Shown in pieces: positions 21,249 through 31,293 of a stretch of 64,000 nucleotides of DNA; the first letter of the stretch is position 1, and each line of letters opens with the position of its first letter. Source of the DNA: Candidatus Latescibacterota bacterium (lineage in GTDB: Bacteria; Latescibacterota; UBA2968; UBA8231); contig CBDCXV010000010.1 of assembly GCA_965223905.1 (NCBI GenBank), positions 256,001 to 320,000 on the forward strand. Direction: 5' to 3'. A program made the position numbers and the translations under genes. The notes beneath the pieces are model-generated. The model ran no database searches. It saw nothing but the letters and a program-made list of their open reading frames with translations, and was not told the origin of the DNA.

Positions 21249-21929
21249 ATGCCGGAGGTGAAGGAGCTGAGGTTCACGGCTCACGAGCAGAAGGGGGAGG
21301 TCTCCGCACTGTACCTCCGGCCCAGCGGTGCCGCGGCCCTGCTGGTGCTGGGGCACGGGGCCGGCACCAACATGCGCCACCGCTTCATGGAGGAGCTGGC
21401 GCAGGCCCTGGCGGCTGCCGGGGCGGCGACCTTCCGCTACAACTACCCGTACTCGGAAAAGGGGGGCGGCGGCATGGATGGCGAGAAGGTGCGCCTCGCC
21501 ACGGTGCGCGCCGCGGTGGCCGCGGCCGCCAGGCAGGCCCGCGGCCTTCCCCTGTTCGCCGGCGGACACTCCATGAGCGGGCGCATGACCTCGATGGCCG
21601 ACGCGCAGGAGCAGCTCGATGGCCTGCGCGGAATCCTCTTCTTCGCCTTCCCCCTGCACCCGGCGGGCAAGCCGGGAAGCGAGCGCGCCGCCCACCTCGA
21701 CAAGGTGACCGTGCCGATGCTTTTCCTCTCCGGCCCGCGCGACGCGCTGGCCGAGCTCACCCTGCTGGAGGCGGCCGTGAAGAAGCTCGGCGAGCGCGCG
21801 AGCCTCCACCTCGTCGACACCGCGGACCATGGCTTCAAGGTGAGGAAGCGCGGCCGCTCCTCGACCGAGCCGGTGATGGAGGAACTGGCGCGGGTGGCGG
21901 CCTCGTGGATGAAGCAGCAGAGCGCCTGA
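21249..21929 (+). CDS. alpha/beta hydrolase
   Basis: GHGAG, GGHSMSGR nucleophile elbow, FPLHP, G.RD, ADHGF. Confidence 0.88.
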   Translation: MPEVKELRFTAHEQKGEVSALYLRPSGAAALLVLGHGAGTNMRHRFMEELAQALAAAGAATFRYNYPYSEKGGGGMDGEKVRLATVRAAVAAAARQARGLPLFAGGHSMSGRMTSMADAQEQLDGLRGILFFAFPLHPAGKPGSERAAHLDKVTVPMLFLSGPRDALAELTLLEAAVKKLGERASLHLVDTADHGFKVRKRGRSSTEPVMEELARVAASWMKQQSA

Positions 21930-22035
21930 AGCGGCTGGCGGACCCGGACCTGCGTTCCGCCCTCGGATCGGCAGACCGGCAAATGGGTGTTCACCGCCGA
22001 TCGCCCACACTTACCGAAACCGAAAGGATAACGAT

Positions 22036-23187
22036 ATGAAGACCTATCGCGTCGGCATTCTGGGTTGCCGCGGCCGGGGTACCGCGGCCGCCCGGGCCTA
22101 CCACGCCCACCCCCGCACGGAAGTCGTGGCCCTGTGCGATCTCAAGCCGGAGCTGCTCGAAACCCTCGGTGAAGAGCTCGGGGTATCCCCCCGCTTCACC
22201 GATCTCGACGAGATGATCCGGCAGAGCCAACCCGACATCGTGGCGATTCCGACCGCCACCGAGTTCCATTTCGACCTCTGCATGCGGGTGCTGGAGCACG
22301 GGGTGCACATCGAGGTGGAGAAGCCGATCTGCGTCGACCTCGAGCAGGCGGACGCGGTGCTGGCGAAGGCCGGGGCGAAGGGGGTGCGCACCGCCGTCCA
22401 CCACCAGGGGCGGACCGGGCCCGCCATGCAGGCGATGGCCCGGGCCCTGCGCGAGGGTCGCATCGGCACCCTCCGCCACATCGTCGCCAGCGGCAAGGGG
22501 TACTACGGCGGCTACGGGCTGATGAACATCGGCACCCACCTGCTGAACGGAGTCCTCGAGCTGGCCGGGCCCTGCCGGCGGGTGACCGCAAGCGCCCTGA
22601 CGGACGGCCGCCCGATCTCCCCCGGGGACGTGGTGCCCTCCCCCAGCGGCATGGGGACGATCGCCGGAGAGCACATCACCGCGGTCCTGGAGTTCGAGGG
22701 GAACACGACGGTCTCGCTCCTGCAGCAGCGGTTTCCTGCCGTCGATTCGACGGCCTACGGGCTGGAGGTGTACGGCACCGAGGGACGGATGTTCTGGAAG
22801 AGCACGGGGGCCTGGTGGCTGCCGGTGCCCCACTTGGTGCCCGGGCAGGACAGTGGATGGGAGCCGCTGGAGCTGGAGCACCCCGACCACTTCGATCCGG
22901 AGAAGTCGTCGGCCGAGGATTACGCCTTCACCGGCGAGTACGTGCGCGCCCTCGACGAGGGGCGGGAGCACCTGTGCAGCGGGTCCGAGGGCCGGCACGT
23001 GCTGGAGATGCTGATGGGGATCTTCGAATCGGCGGCCTACGGAAGGCCGGTGGACCTGCCCCAGCAGGGGCGGGACCATCCGCTGCGGCGCTGGCGCGCC
23101 GAGGCCGGGTTGGAGCCGCCGGCGCCGATGCCGCGGCTCTACTGGGATTGGCTCGCCGCGGAAGACAGGCGCCTGGGCAGAGGCTGA
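22036..23187 (+). CDS. Gfo/Idh/MocA family oxidoreductase
   Basis: RVGILGC, EVEKP, GTHLL. Confidence 0.9.
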   Translation: MKTYRVGILGCRGRGTAAARAYHAHPRTEVVALCDLKPELLETLGEELGVSPRFTDLDEMIRQSQPDIVAIPTATEFHFDLCMRVLEHGVHIEVEKPICVDLEQADAVLAKAGAKGVRTAVHHQGRTGPAMQAMARALREGRIGTLRHIVASGKGYYGGYGLMNIGTHLLNGVLELAGPCRRVTASALTDGRPISPGDVVPSPSGMGTIAGEHITAVLEFEGNTTVSLLQQRFPAVDSTAYGLEVYGTEGRMFWKSTGAWWLPVPHLVPGQDSGWEPLELEHPDHFDPEKSSAEDYAFTGEYVRALDEGREHLCSGSEGRHVLEMLMGIFESAAYGRPVDLPQQGRDHPLRRWRAEAGLEPPAPMPRLYWDWLAAEDRRLGRG

Positions 23188-23380
23188 GGAGAGCCGGCCT
23201 ACCCAGCAGTGCCGGGGTAAAGGGCGCTCCGGGGCGGTGCTGCCTCTCAGTTTGCGACACGCCTCGGAAGCACCGTTCCCTTGCCGTTCGGCCAGGGGAC
23301 CGGGCCGGCACTATGGGGGCCGGTGGTGCGTGAGCCTGGCCCGCTTGGAAGTGCTTGTCCCCAGGTGAACAGCCGCCGGA

Positions 23381-24652
23381 TCAGCCTGAGGCGTCTGCGG
23401 GGACGTCCACTCCCGTCTCCCCTTCCGAGCGCGCGATGATGGCGGCGCCGCAGGAATCGCTGAAGACGTTGACCATGGTGCGGAACATGTCGAGCGGCCG
23501 GTCGATCGCCAGCATGAAGCCGACGATGAGATCGACGTTCGGTCCGCGGAGGCCCACCGACTCCAGCACGATGAAGATGATCACCAGGCCTGCCGACGGC
23601 ACCGCGGCGGCCCCGATGGAGGCGAGCAGCGCGGTCAGGACCACGATGGCCTGCTGGCCGAAGGCGAGGTCCGCCCCCAGGGCCTGGGCGATGAACAGCA
23701 CCCCGACGCACTCGAAGAGCGCGGTCCCGTCCATGTTGACCGTGGCCCCCATCGGCAGCACGAACGACGCCGTGCGGTTGGAGACGCCGACCTTGCTCTG
23801 AACCGTCCTCATGGTCACCGGCAGAGTGGCCCCCGACGAGCTCGTCGAGAAGGCCACGACCAGCGGGTCGATCATGTTGCGGAAGTGGATGCCCGGGCGG
23901 ATGCGCCCCAGCAGCAGGAGCAGCAGCGGCAGGGTGACCAGGATGTGGATGGTCAGGCCGGTGGCTATGGTGGCGCAGTATTTGGCCAGGGGCCCGAAGG
24001 CCCCGAGGCCGAACTTGGCCACCGCCGCGGTCATCAGCCCGAAAACCCCGAGCGGCAGGAAGCGGATGATGCCTCTCGTCAGCGCCATCATCACCTCGAA
24101 GGCCGCTCCGAAGAAGCCGGCCAGCAGCTCCTGGTGCGGGGACCGCAGGCTGGCGATCGCGATTCCCAGCAGGATCGAGAAGAAGATCACCGCCAGCATG
24201 TCCCCCTGGGCCGCGGCGGCGAGGAAGTTCTGCGGAACGATGTCGAGCAGCAGCTCGACCGGGGAGCCCGGGGTCTCCAGCTCCGGAAGCGCCGCCCCCT
24301 CGGCGGCCCCGAGATCCGCACCGGCTCCCGGGCGGATGAGGTTGACGAGGGCAAGGCCGGCGAAGATCGCCAGGGCGCTCGACAGCACGTAGTACCCCAG
24401 GGTCTTGCCGAACAGCCGCCCCAGGACGCGCCCCCCTCCTACCGAGGCGATGCCGCTGACGATGGAGGCGATCACGAGCGGGATGATGACCATGCGCAGC
24501 AGCCGCATGAACAGGGTGCCGAGCCAGCCCACCCAGGCCGCGGCGGTTTCGCCGCCCAGAAGGCCGGCGGCTACTCCCACGACCATCGCGACGAGCACCT
24601 GCCAGTGAAGTTGCCGGTACCACGAGAGGGTGATGTTCCTGTTTTCGGTCAT
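23381..24652 (-). CDS. dicarboxylate/amino acid:cation symporter (DAACS)
   Basis: AFSTSSSGATLP, GATVNMDGT, DRPLDMFRTMVNV motifs. Confidence 0.93.
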   Translation of the reverse strand: MTENRNITLSWYRQLHWQVLVAMVVGVAAGLLGGETAAAWVGWLGTLFMRLLRMVIIPLVIASIVSGIASVGGGRVLGRLFGKTLGYYVLSSALAIFAGLALVNLIRPGAGADLGAAEGAALPELETPGSPVELLLDIVPQNFLAAAAQGDMLAVIFFSILLGIAIASLRSPHQELLAGFFGAAFEVMMALTRGIIRFLPLGVFGLMTAAVAKFGLGAFGPLAKYCATIATGLTIHILVTLPLLLLLLGRIRPGIHFRNMIDPLVVAFSTSSSGATLPVTMRTVQSKVGVSNRTASFVLPMGATVNMDGTALFECVGVLFIAQALGADLAFGQQAIVVLTALLASIGAAAVPSAGLVIIFIVLESVGLRGPNVDLIVGFMLAIDRPLDMFRTMVNVFSDSCGAAIIARSEGETGVDVPADASG

Positions 24653-24789
24653 ATCGATTGTCCCCGGGGTATCAGTGCGGTTTTCGGCGCCGGTCCATAT
24701 TCCGGTCCATATTATAGTTGAGCATTGACCCTCCATTCAGCAGAAAGAGCCGGCCTTCCCTGCCGGCGCTCCGGAGGTGCCGAATCCTC

Positions 24790-24969
24790 ATGAACGAAGC
24801 CTCGGCGCGCATCAAGATCAACAAGCTGCTCGAAGCAGCCGGATGGCGTTTCTTCGCCGAGGGAGACAACCCCGCCAACATCCGCCTCGAACCGAGCGTC
24901 ACGATCGCACCATCCGACCTCGACGCGCTGGGCCGCGGCACGCTGACGCCGGACGACAAGGGCGGCTGA
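24790..24969 (+). pseudogene. hsdR: type I restriction enzyme R subunit, N-terminal remnant
   Basis: MNEASARIKINKLLEAAGWRFF...ANIRLE resembles HsdR N-termini; stops after 59 aa. Confidence 0.6.
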
Positions 24970-25009
24970 TGGTTACTCGCACCCCGCAGCAGGCCCGGCG
25001 GGGATACCG

Positions 25010-27319
25010 ATGCCGGTAGACGCCGAGACCCTGTTTTGCGCCGTGGTGCCGCCGCGGGTTCGGCGCGAATTGGCCGGGGCGGTTGCCCTCGACGAGGAGA
25101 TCCGCCTGGCGGTGGCCACTGATATCAAGCTCGACGGCCAGTACGGCGAGGCCTGGCTGTTGGCCACCGGCGACCAGCTGGTGGCCTTCAGCCCCGACGG
25201 CCGCGGATCTCCCACCATCGTCCGTCTTCCCCTGGGGGAAATAAACGGGGTGGAGGTGCGCGAGGATTGGGGCACCGCGGCCCTCAAGGTCCGCACCGGG
25301 GAGCAGGGCGCCACCATGGCCGTGTTCTCCAAGAGCCTGGTGCCGGCCTTGTCCGAATTGCCCGGTCGCCTGGAGAAGCTGGTCGAGGAAGCACGCCCTG
25401 CGGCCGCGGCGGGGCAGTTGCTCAAGGGCCGCCTGGCCGGGGCGCGCGGCGGGCGCAAGCGCTGCGACCGCTGCGGTCAGGTCATTCCGCGCCACTACGG
25501 CATCTGCCCGGCCTGCCTGGAAAAGGGCAAGCTGCTGTTCCGGCTGCTGGGCTATGCCAGGCCGCACTGGAAGGCGATCGCCGCGAGCCTGTTGCTCATG
25601 GTGGCCGGCACCACCATCGGTTTGAGTCAGCCGCTGCTCCAGGGCATCCTCATCGACGGAGTCCTCGACGGCGGCGCCGGGGTGTCGGACTTCGATATTC
25701 CCGGGTTCTCGCCCCTGTCCGGGGAAAACCCGCGGGCCGCCCTGGGCTGGCTGGTGGTCTTGCTCCTGCTCGTTTTTGTCTCCCGCAGCGGACTGTCGGC
25801 CCTGCGCGGCTATATCATGGCCCGCATCGGCCAACGGGTCACCTACGGCCTGCGCAACGAGGTCTATACCCATCTCCATGCGCTTTCGCTCAGTTATTAC
25901 AACAAAAACGAAACCGGGCGGATCATGGCCAGCGTCACCCAGGACGTGGGCCGCCTGCAGGACTTTATCAGCGACGGCTTGCAGGAAGCCATCCGCGACG
26001 TTCTCACCCTGGTCATCATTTGTATCATCCTCTTTGCGCTCAATCCCGGCCTGGCGGCCCTGGTGTTGCTTCCCACCCCCTTGCTGGTGCTGGCGACGCT
26101 GCGCTTCGGACGGCGGCTGCACGCCATGTACCGGCCCTTGTGGCGCCGGTGGGCGGGTGTAAGCGCCCTGCTCGCCGATACCATCCCGGGGGTGCGGGTG
26201 GTAAAGGCTTTTGCCCAGGAACAGCGGGAAGTGGGCAAATTCGAGACCCACAGCCTCGCCCTGCTCCGGGGCGAGCTCAAGGTGGCCTGGATGCGCAGTC
26301 TGTTCAGCCCGGTCATGACGTTCATAACCTCCATCGGCACGCTCGTTATCTGGTGGGTCGGAGGCCACAAGGTGTTGGACGGGGAGTTGCCTTTGTGGGC
26401 ATTTGTCGCCTTTACCGGGTACATGTGGCAATTCTACGGTCCGGTGGAAACCCTGTGCCGTCTCAACCATCGCTTCCAGCGCGCCGCCACCTCGGCCGAG
26501 CGCGTCTTTGAAGTGCTCGACACTCATCCGGAGGTGATCGACCAGCCCGGGGCTATGACCATGCCGCCCATCGAGGGCCGGGTCGAATTCCGTGGCGTGC
26601 ATTTCGGCTATGAAGAAGACAAGCCGGTCATTGAAGATTTGAATTTCGTGGTCGAACCGGGCGAAATGATCGGCCTGGCCGGCCACAGCGGCGCCGGCAA
26701 GAGCACCTTGATCAATCTCATCGGCCGCTTCTACGAGCCGCAGGAGGGGGCCGTCCTCATCGACGGCCGCGACACCCGCGCCGTGGCGCTCAAGTCGCTG
26801 CGCGAGCAGATCGGCGTGGTCCTGCAGGATCCCTTCCTGTTCAACGGCTCGGTGGCCGAGAACATTGCCTACGGCCATCCCGAAGCCTCACTCGAACAGA
26901 TCGTGGCCGCGGCCAAGGCGGCCAATGCGCACGACTTCACCATGGACATGGCCGACGGGTACGATACCCTGGTGGGCGAGCGCGGCACCCGCGTATCGGG
27001 GGGCGAGCGGCAGCGACTGTCCATTGCCCGGGCCATTCTGCGCGACCCGCGCATTCTCATCCTCGACGAAGCCACCTCCAACGTCGATACCCAGACCGAA
27101 GCGCAGATCCAGGAGGCTTTGGAGCGGCTCGTCAAGGGGCGCACCACCTTTGCCATCGCCCATCGCCTGTCGACCCTCAAGAACGCCCACCGCCTGCTCA
27201 TTCTCGAGCAGGGCAGGCTGGCCGAGATGGGAACCCACGACGAGCTGATTGCACGGGACGGCATCTACGCCAATCTGTGCCGCATGCAGACTGAAATGTC
27301 CAGACTGAGGGCCTGGTAA
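25010..27319 (+). CDS. ABC transporter, fused permease/ATPase with N-terminal extension and CxxC-CxxC motif
   Basis: GHSGAGKST, VSGGERQR, ILDEATS, AHRLST; TM helices; CDRC...CPAC. Confidence 0.95.
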   Translation: MPVDAETLFCAVVPPRVRRELAGAVALDEEIRLAVATDIKLDGQYGEAWLLATGDQLVAFSPDGRGSPTIVRLPLGEINGVEVREDWGTAALKVRTGEQGATMAVFSKSLVPALSELPGRLEKLVEEARPAAAAGQLLKGRLAGARGGRKRCDRCGQVIPRHYGICPACLEKGKLLFRLLGYARPHWKAIAASLLLMVAGTTIGLSQPLLQGILIDGVLDGGAGVSDFDIPGFSPLSGENPRAALGWLVVLLLLVFVSRSGLSALRGYIMARIGQRVTYGLRNEVYTHLHALSLSYYNKNETGRIMASVTQDVGRLQDFISDGLQEAIRDVLTLVIICIILFALNPGLAALVLLPTPLLVLATLRFGRRLHAMYRPLWRRWAGVSALLADTIPGVRVVKAFAQEQREVGKFETHSLALLRGELKVAWMRSLFSPVMTFITSIGTLVIWWVGGHKVLDGELPLWAFVAFTGYMWQFYGPVETLCRLNHRFQRAATSAERVFEVLDTHPEVIDQPGAMTMPPIEGRVEFRGVHFGYEEDKPVIEDLNFVVEPGEMIGLAGHSGAGKSTLINLIGRFYEPQEGAVLIDGRDTRAVALKSLREQIGVVLQDPFLFNGSVAENIAYGHPEASLEQIVAAAKAANAHDFTMDMADGYDTLVGERGTRVSGGERQRLSIARAILRDPRILILDEATSNVDTQTEAQIQEALERLVKGRTTFAIAHRLSTLKNAHRLLILEQGRLAEMGTHDELIARDGIYANLCRMQTEMSRLRAW

Positions 27320-27322
27320 CCC

Positions 27323-27839
27323 ATGCAACAGCGCTATGGTTTAACCGATGAAGTGACCTATCTCGACCCGGACAAGGCGCGGTTTTTCATCGACGCCTTC
27401 GAAGACCTGAACCTGGAGCTGGCCGGGGGTGGGACCTATGCCGGGGTCCGGGTCAAGCGGGCTTTTCCGCTGACCCGCGATGACTGCTTTATCGTCGTCC
27501 AGGACCGCGAGGGCGGGGAAATCGGCTCGTTGGCCCGGCTCGACGAGCTGGACCGGGCCAGCCGCCAGGTGGTGGAAGGAGAGTTGGAGCGCGCTTATTT
27601 CACCCCGCGCATCCAGCGCATCACCAAGGTGACAGTGGCCTACCGGGTGCCGCGCTGGGAGGTGGAGACCGACCGCGGGCCCCGCGCCTTTGAAATCTAT
27701 TCCAGCCGGCGCGATATCCGCCATCTGGGCGGCGGGCGGGTACTGGTGCAGGACGCAACCGACGGCAACCGCCTACGAGATTCCCGACTACCGGCGCCTG
27801 GAGCCGGCCAGTCGGGCCCTGGTCGAGGAAATGGTGTGA
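27323..27839 (+). CDS. DUF1854 domain protein (frameshift near 27757)
   Basis: RAFPLT...EIG...ELERAYFTPRI..I...WEVETDRG, D..GNR; typical partner of this ABC subfamily. Confidence 0.8.
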
Positions 27840-28036
27840 CAGGTGAGTTTCGACTACCTGCGAAATTTGACGCGTCCGCCGGCAGCAGGGCCGTTCCCTT
27901 CCCCAAAAGCAGGAATCCCACCCGGTCCTGGTCGCTGTCGTTGCTGCCGCTTCCACTGGATCGCCGCCCCGCCCTCTCGGGCCCGAGCGAACTGAGATCA
28001 TGAACGAGCAAACTGGCGGCGTGCAGGCTGCCCCCC

Positions 28037-28315
28037 ACCTTCTTCGCCGACTCCGGCCGAGTATCGCCTCCGAGGTAGGGGACCCGCGACGTTGAGGACT
28101 CGGCGACAACCTGCTGCGCTTCAATCAGGCACCCCTGGTGGGAAGGAGAGGCCATGCCGCCGCAGCCGGCGACCCGCCGGCACCTGCCGTGGACCATGAG
28201 CGAGACCTTCTTCTCCGACTCCGGCCTCCCGCCCGCCCTCGGCGACAACCCTGCGTTTCAATCCCTGGTGGGAAGGAGAGGCCATGCCGCCGCCGCCGGC
28301 GACTCGCCGGCACCC
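28037..28315 (+). repeat. imperfect tandem duplication of the ATPase 5' end
   Basis: ACCTTCTTC(G/T)CCGACTCCGGCC, CTCGGCGACAACC and CCCTGGTGGGAAGGAGAGGCCATGCCGCCG...CGCCGGCACC each occur twice. Confidence 0.8.
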
Positions 28316-29681
28316 AGATGCGAGGCGCCTCGATTCCGGGATCGCTGTCGTCGTCGTCCGGGGACCGCGCCAGATCGGCAAGACCACGGCGCAGTTCCAG
28401 ATGATCCAGGACCTGCTCGACGAGGGGGTGAACCCGAGGCGGATCCTTCGCGTCCAGTTCGACGACCTCGAGACCCTGGGCAGGTTGCCGGAACCGATCC
28501 TGCGCATTTCGGACTGGTTCGAACGCCGCGTTGCGCCGAAGCGCTTCAACAGCCTGGCCAGCGACGGCGAGCCCGCCTACCTGTTTTTCGACGAGATCCA
28601 GAACCTGAAACGCTGGGACGTGCAGTTGAAGTCGCTGGTCGACAACGCTTCGGTCAGGGTGGTGGTCACCGGAAGCTCGGCTCTGCGCATCGAGCTGGGG
28701 CGCGACTCTCTCGCCGGCCGCATCAATACGATCGAGGCTGGGGTTCTGTCTCTCACCGAGATCGGCGCCCTGCGCGGCCTGGGACCGCCGGCCCCCTTCC
28801 TCCGGGACAACGGCCTGGCGGACCTTCTGCAGAAGGGGTTCTGGGCCGGCCTGCGGGAATACGGGATCGACCATGGGGGATTCCGCGAGGAGGCTTTCCT
28901 TCATTTCTCCGAACGCGGCGGCTATCCCCTGGTCCATCGCGAGAAGGACATGGAATTCGCCCAGCTCTCGGATCAACTGAACGAGACGGTGATCAAGAGG
29001 GTCGTTCAGCACGATCTGCGCACCGGGGAGCGGGGCCGCAAGCGGGACGGGAATCTGCTGGAGGAACTGTTCCGGCTGGTCTGCCGCTACGCCGGTCAAA
29101 CACCGAGGACGGCCACCCTGGCCGAAGAAGCCCGGCTGTCGCTGGGTGCGAACATCGGCCCCCATCGCGTCACCCAGTACCTGAAATTCCTCGGCGATAC
29201 GCTCCTGCTGCGCCTCGTGCCCCCTTTGGAGATTCGGCTGAAGCGCCGGCGGGGCAGTCCGAAGCTCTGCCTGGTCGACCACGGGCTCAGGGCGAGCTGG
29301 CTTCAGGAGCGGATCCCCCTGGTGCCGGGGCTGCTTGCGCAGCGCCCCGAGCTCACCACCATGGCCGGCCACCTGGCGGAGTCTGTTTTCGGCTCGGTGG
29401 CAGCGACGATCCACGGCCTCGACATCGCCCATTTTCCCCCGCGAGGCACCGACCAGGAGGTCGACTTCGTTCTGACTGTCGGCAGCACCCGTATCCCGGT
29501 GGAGATCAAGTACCAGAGACGGATCGATTCCTTCCGGGACACCCTGGGCCTGCGCTCCTTCCTGGAAAAATCGGTGAACAACGCCCCGTTCGGGATTCTC
29601 GTTACCCAGGACAACTCCGGAACGGTCGACGATCCGCGCATCGTCAGCCTGCCGTTGTCGACCTTCATGATGCTCCGCTGA
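28196..29681 (+). CDS. AAA_14 ATPase with DUF4143-type C-terminal PD-(D/E)XK domain (5' frameshift)
   Basis: NPWW, GPRQIGKTT, FFDEIQ, TGSS, GGYP, EVDFV...PVEIKY. Confidence 0.88.
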
Positions 29682-29791
29682 ACCGCGGCCCCCGCGGCGA
29701 GGCGCCTGCTCGCTACCGGCAGCGCCGCCCGGCCGCGGGCCCGCCAAGGGTTCGCCCGGGACATCACGGCACTTCATTTGAGAGGAAGGGC

Positions 29792-30442
29792 ATGCCCTAT
29801 ACCGTCTATTTCGCCGGCGACCTGTTCGACCACAAGCACCTCATCGGCAACGCCCTCCTCGCCGAGGCGATCGCGCGCCATTCCGACCGCCGCTACACCT
29901 GCGTCACCCCGCAGGACCTCGAGCAGTCCACGGGGCGGGCAGCGGACATCCGCAACCAGGACCTCAAGCAGGTGATGGCCTGCGACCTCGGGCTGTTCAA
30001 CTTCGACGGCACCGACCTCGACTCCGGCACGGTGGTCGAGTTCATGATGGCGAAGTTCCTCGACATTCCCGCGGTGGTTCTGCGCTCGGACTTCCGCTCC
30101 TCCGGGGACCAGGACAAGGACGGCGACGACTGGAACCTGATGTGCTCCTTCTACCCGCGCGTGCGCCAGGTCCGGTTCAACGCCATGGCCTGGTACCAGG
30201 AGGCGCGCGCCGGCGCCGCGGACACCGGCGACTGCCCGGGCCGCCTGTACGCGCGGGTCGCCGCCGCGGTCATCGAGCAGCTGGACGCCGTCCGCGCCGA
30301 GCCGCCCGTGATCGATAGCGGCCGGCAGCAGGAGCTGTACCGCTGGGCGACGCGCTTTCCCGGAGGGGGCTTCGAGGCAGCCTGCGGCCCCGGTTTCGCC
30401 GAAGAGGTGATCGAGTCCAAGCGCCGCAAGGGGCTGCTCTGA
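29792..30442 (+). CDS. nucleoside 2-deoxyribosyltransferase-like protein
   Basis: VYFAGDLF, PQD, DGTDLDSGTVVE, RSDFR, WNLM. Confidence 0.85.
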   Translation: MPYTVYFAGDLFDHKHLIGNALLAEAIARHSDRRYTCVTPQDLEQSTGRAADIRNQDLKQVMACDLGLFNFDGTDLDSGTVVEFMMAKFLDIPAVVLRSDFRSSGDQDKDGDDWNLMCSFYPRVRQVRFNAMAWYQEARAGAADTGDCPGRLYARVAAAVIEQLDAVRAEPPVIDSGRQQELYRWATRFPGGGFEAACGPGFAEEVIESKRRKGLL

Positions 30443-30519
30443 GGGCTGTCTCCCCCCGCCCGGAGATGCCGTTGAAATCGGCCGGGTCCCCAGGTCCCCG
30501 GCCGGAGTTTCTCCGGGCC

Positions 30520-30613
30520 ATTCTTGCATATAAATCAAACAAATCAATTTTTTCCATTGATAATTTCATATTTCTTAATATAATTAACGGTACCTATTTG
30601 AATTTTCAGGAGG
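30520..30613 (+). promoter_or_regulatory. AT-rich sigma70-type promoter and RBS
   Basis: TTGATA (30557-30562)-N16-TATAAT (30579-30584); ATCAAT/ATTGAT inverted repeat overlapping the -35; AGGAGG at 30608-30613. Confidence 0.7.
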
Positions 30614-30619
30614 TTTGAT

Positions 30620-31012
30620 ATCAAGGACTGGAAAGAGCTGACCGACCTGACCAAGGGGGCGCCAATCCTCGTGGAGCGGGTCCTGCTGCCGGACAGCGGC
30701 ATCGCGATCGAAGGGCAATTCGAGCCACCCGCGCTTGCCCGTCTTTCCGCGGAGGACCAGGTATTCGTTACCGCCTTCGTCCAGGTCCACGGCTCGATCA
30801 AGGAGATGGAGCGGATATTCGGCATCAGCTACCCGACGGTGAAAAACCGGCTCAACCGCCTTGGGGAGCAGCTGCAGCTCGTCGAGACCGTTCACCGGGC
30901 CGGGGGACCTGCCGGGCAACCACGCCCGAATCCGGAATCGGTGGAGGTGCTCGACAGCCTCGAAAGCGGCGAGATCGACGTCGAAGAGGCGGTGAGGAGG
31001 CTCTCCGGGTGA
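30620..31012 (+). CDS. DUF2089 family HTH protein with SHOCT-like C-terminus
   Basis: IEGQFE...L..EDQVFV.AFV..HGSIKEMERIFGISYPTVKNRL; VLDSLESGEIDVEEA; in-frame ATC at 30620 after the RBS. Confidence 0.85.
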   Translation: MKDWKELTDLTKGAPILVERVLLPDSGIAIEGQFEPPALARLSAEDQVFVTAFVQVHGSIKEMERIFGISYPTVKNRLNRLGEQLQLVETVHRAGGPAGQPRPNPESVEVLDSLESGEIDVEEAVRRLSG

Positions 31013-31287
31013 TCCTGCCGCCTGCCTTCCTCAGGCTGCACCTGCGCACTGACGAGCGCCGTGTCCGGCTCTGGCTCCCGCTGGTGCTGCTGTGGCCGGT
31101 GGGTGCCGCGATACTGCTGCTGGCGACACCTCTCGCGGTTCTCGCCGCGGCGCTTTCATGGCATCGCGGTTGGGGCCGCCCCATCCTGCGGCTCATCCCC
31201 CTGCTTCTGTACCTGATTGCCTCGCTGCGCGGCCTGCGCCTCGACCTGGCCTCAGGCGGGGACCGGCTGTTCCTCTCCATCGATTAG
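31009..31287 (+). CDS. small membrane protein
   Basis: GTGA overlap; LWLPLVLLWP hydrophobic segments; operon position. Confidence 0.7.
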   Translation: MILPPAFLRLHLRTDERRVRLWLPLVLLWPVGAAILLLATPLAVLAAALSWHRGWGRPILRLIPLLLYLIASLRGLRLDLASGGDRLFLSID

Positions 31288-31293
31288 GAAGGC

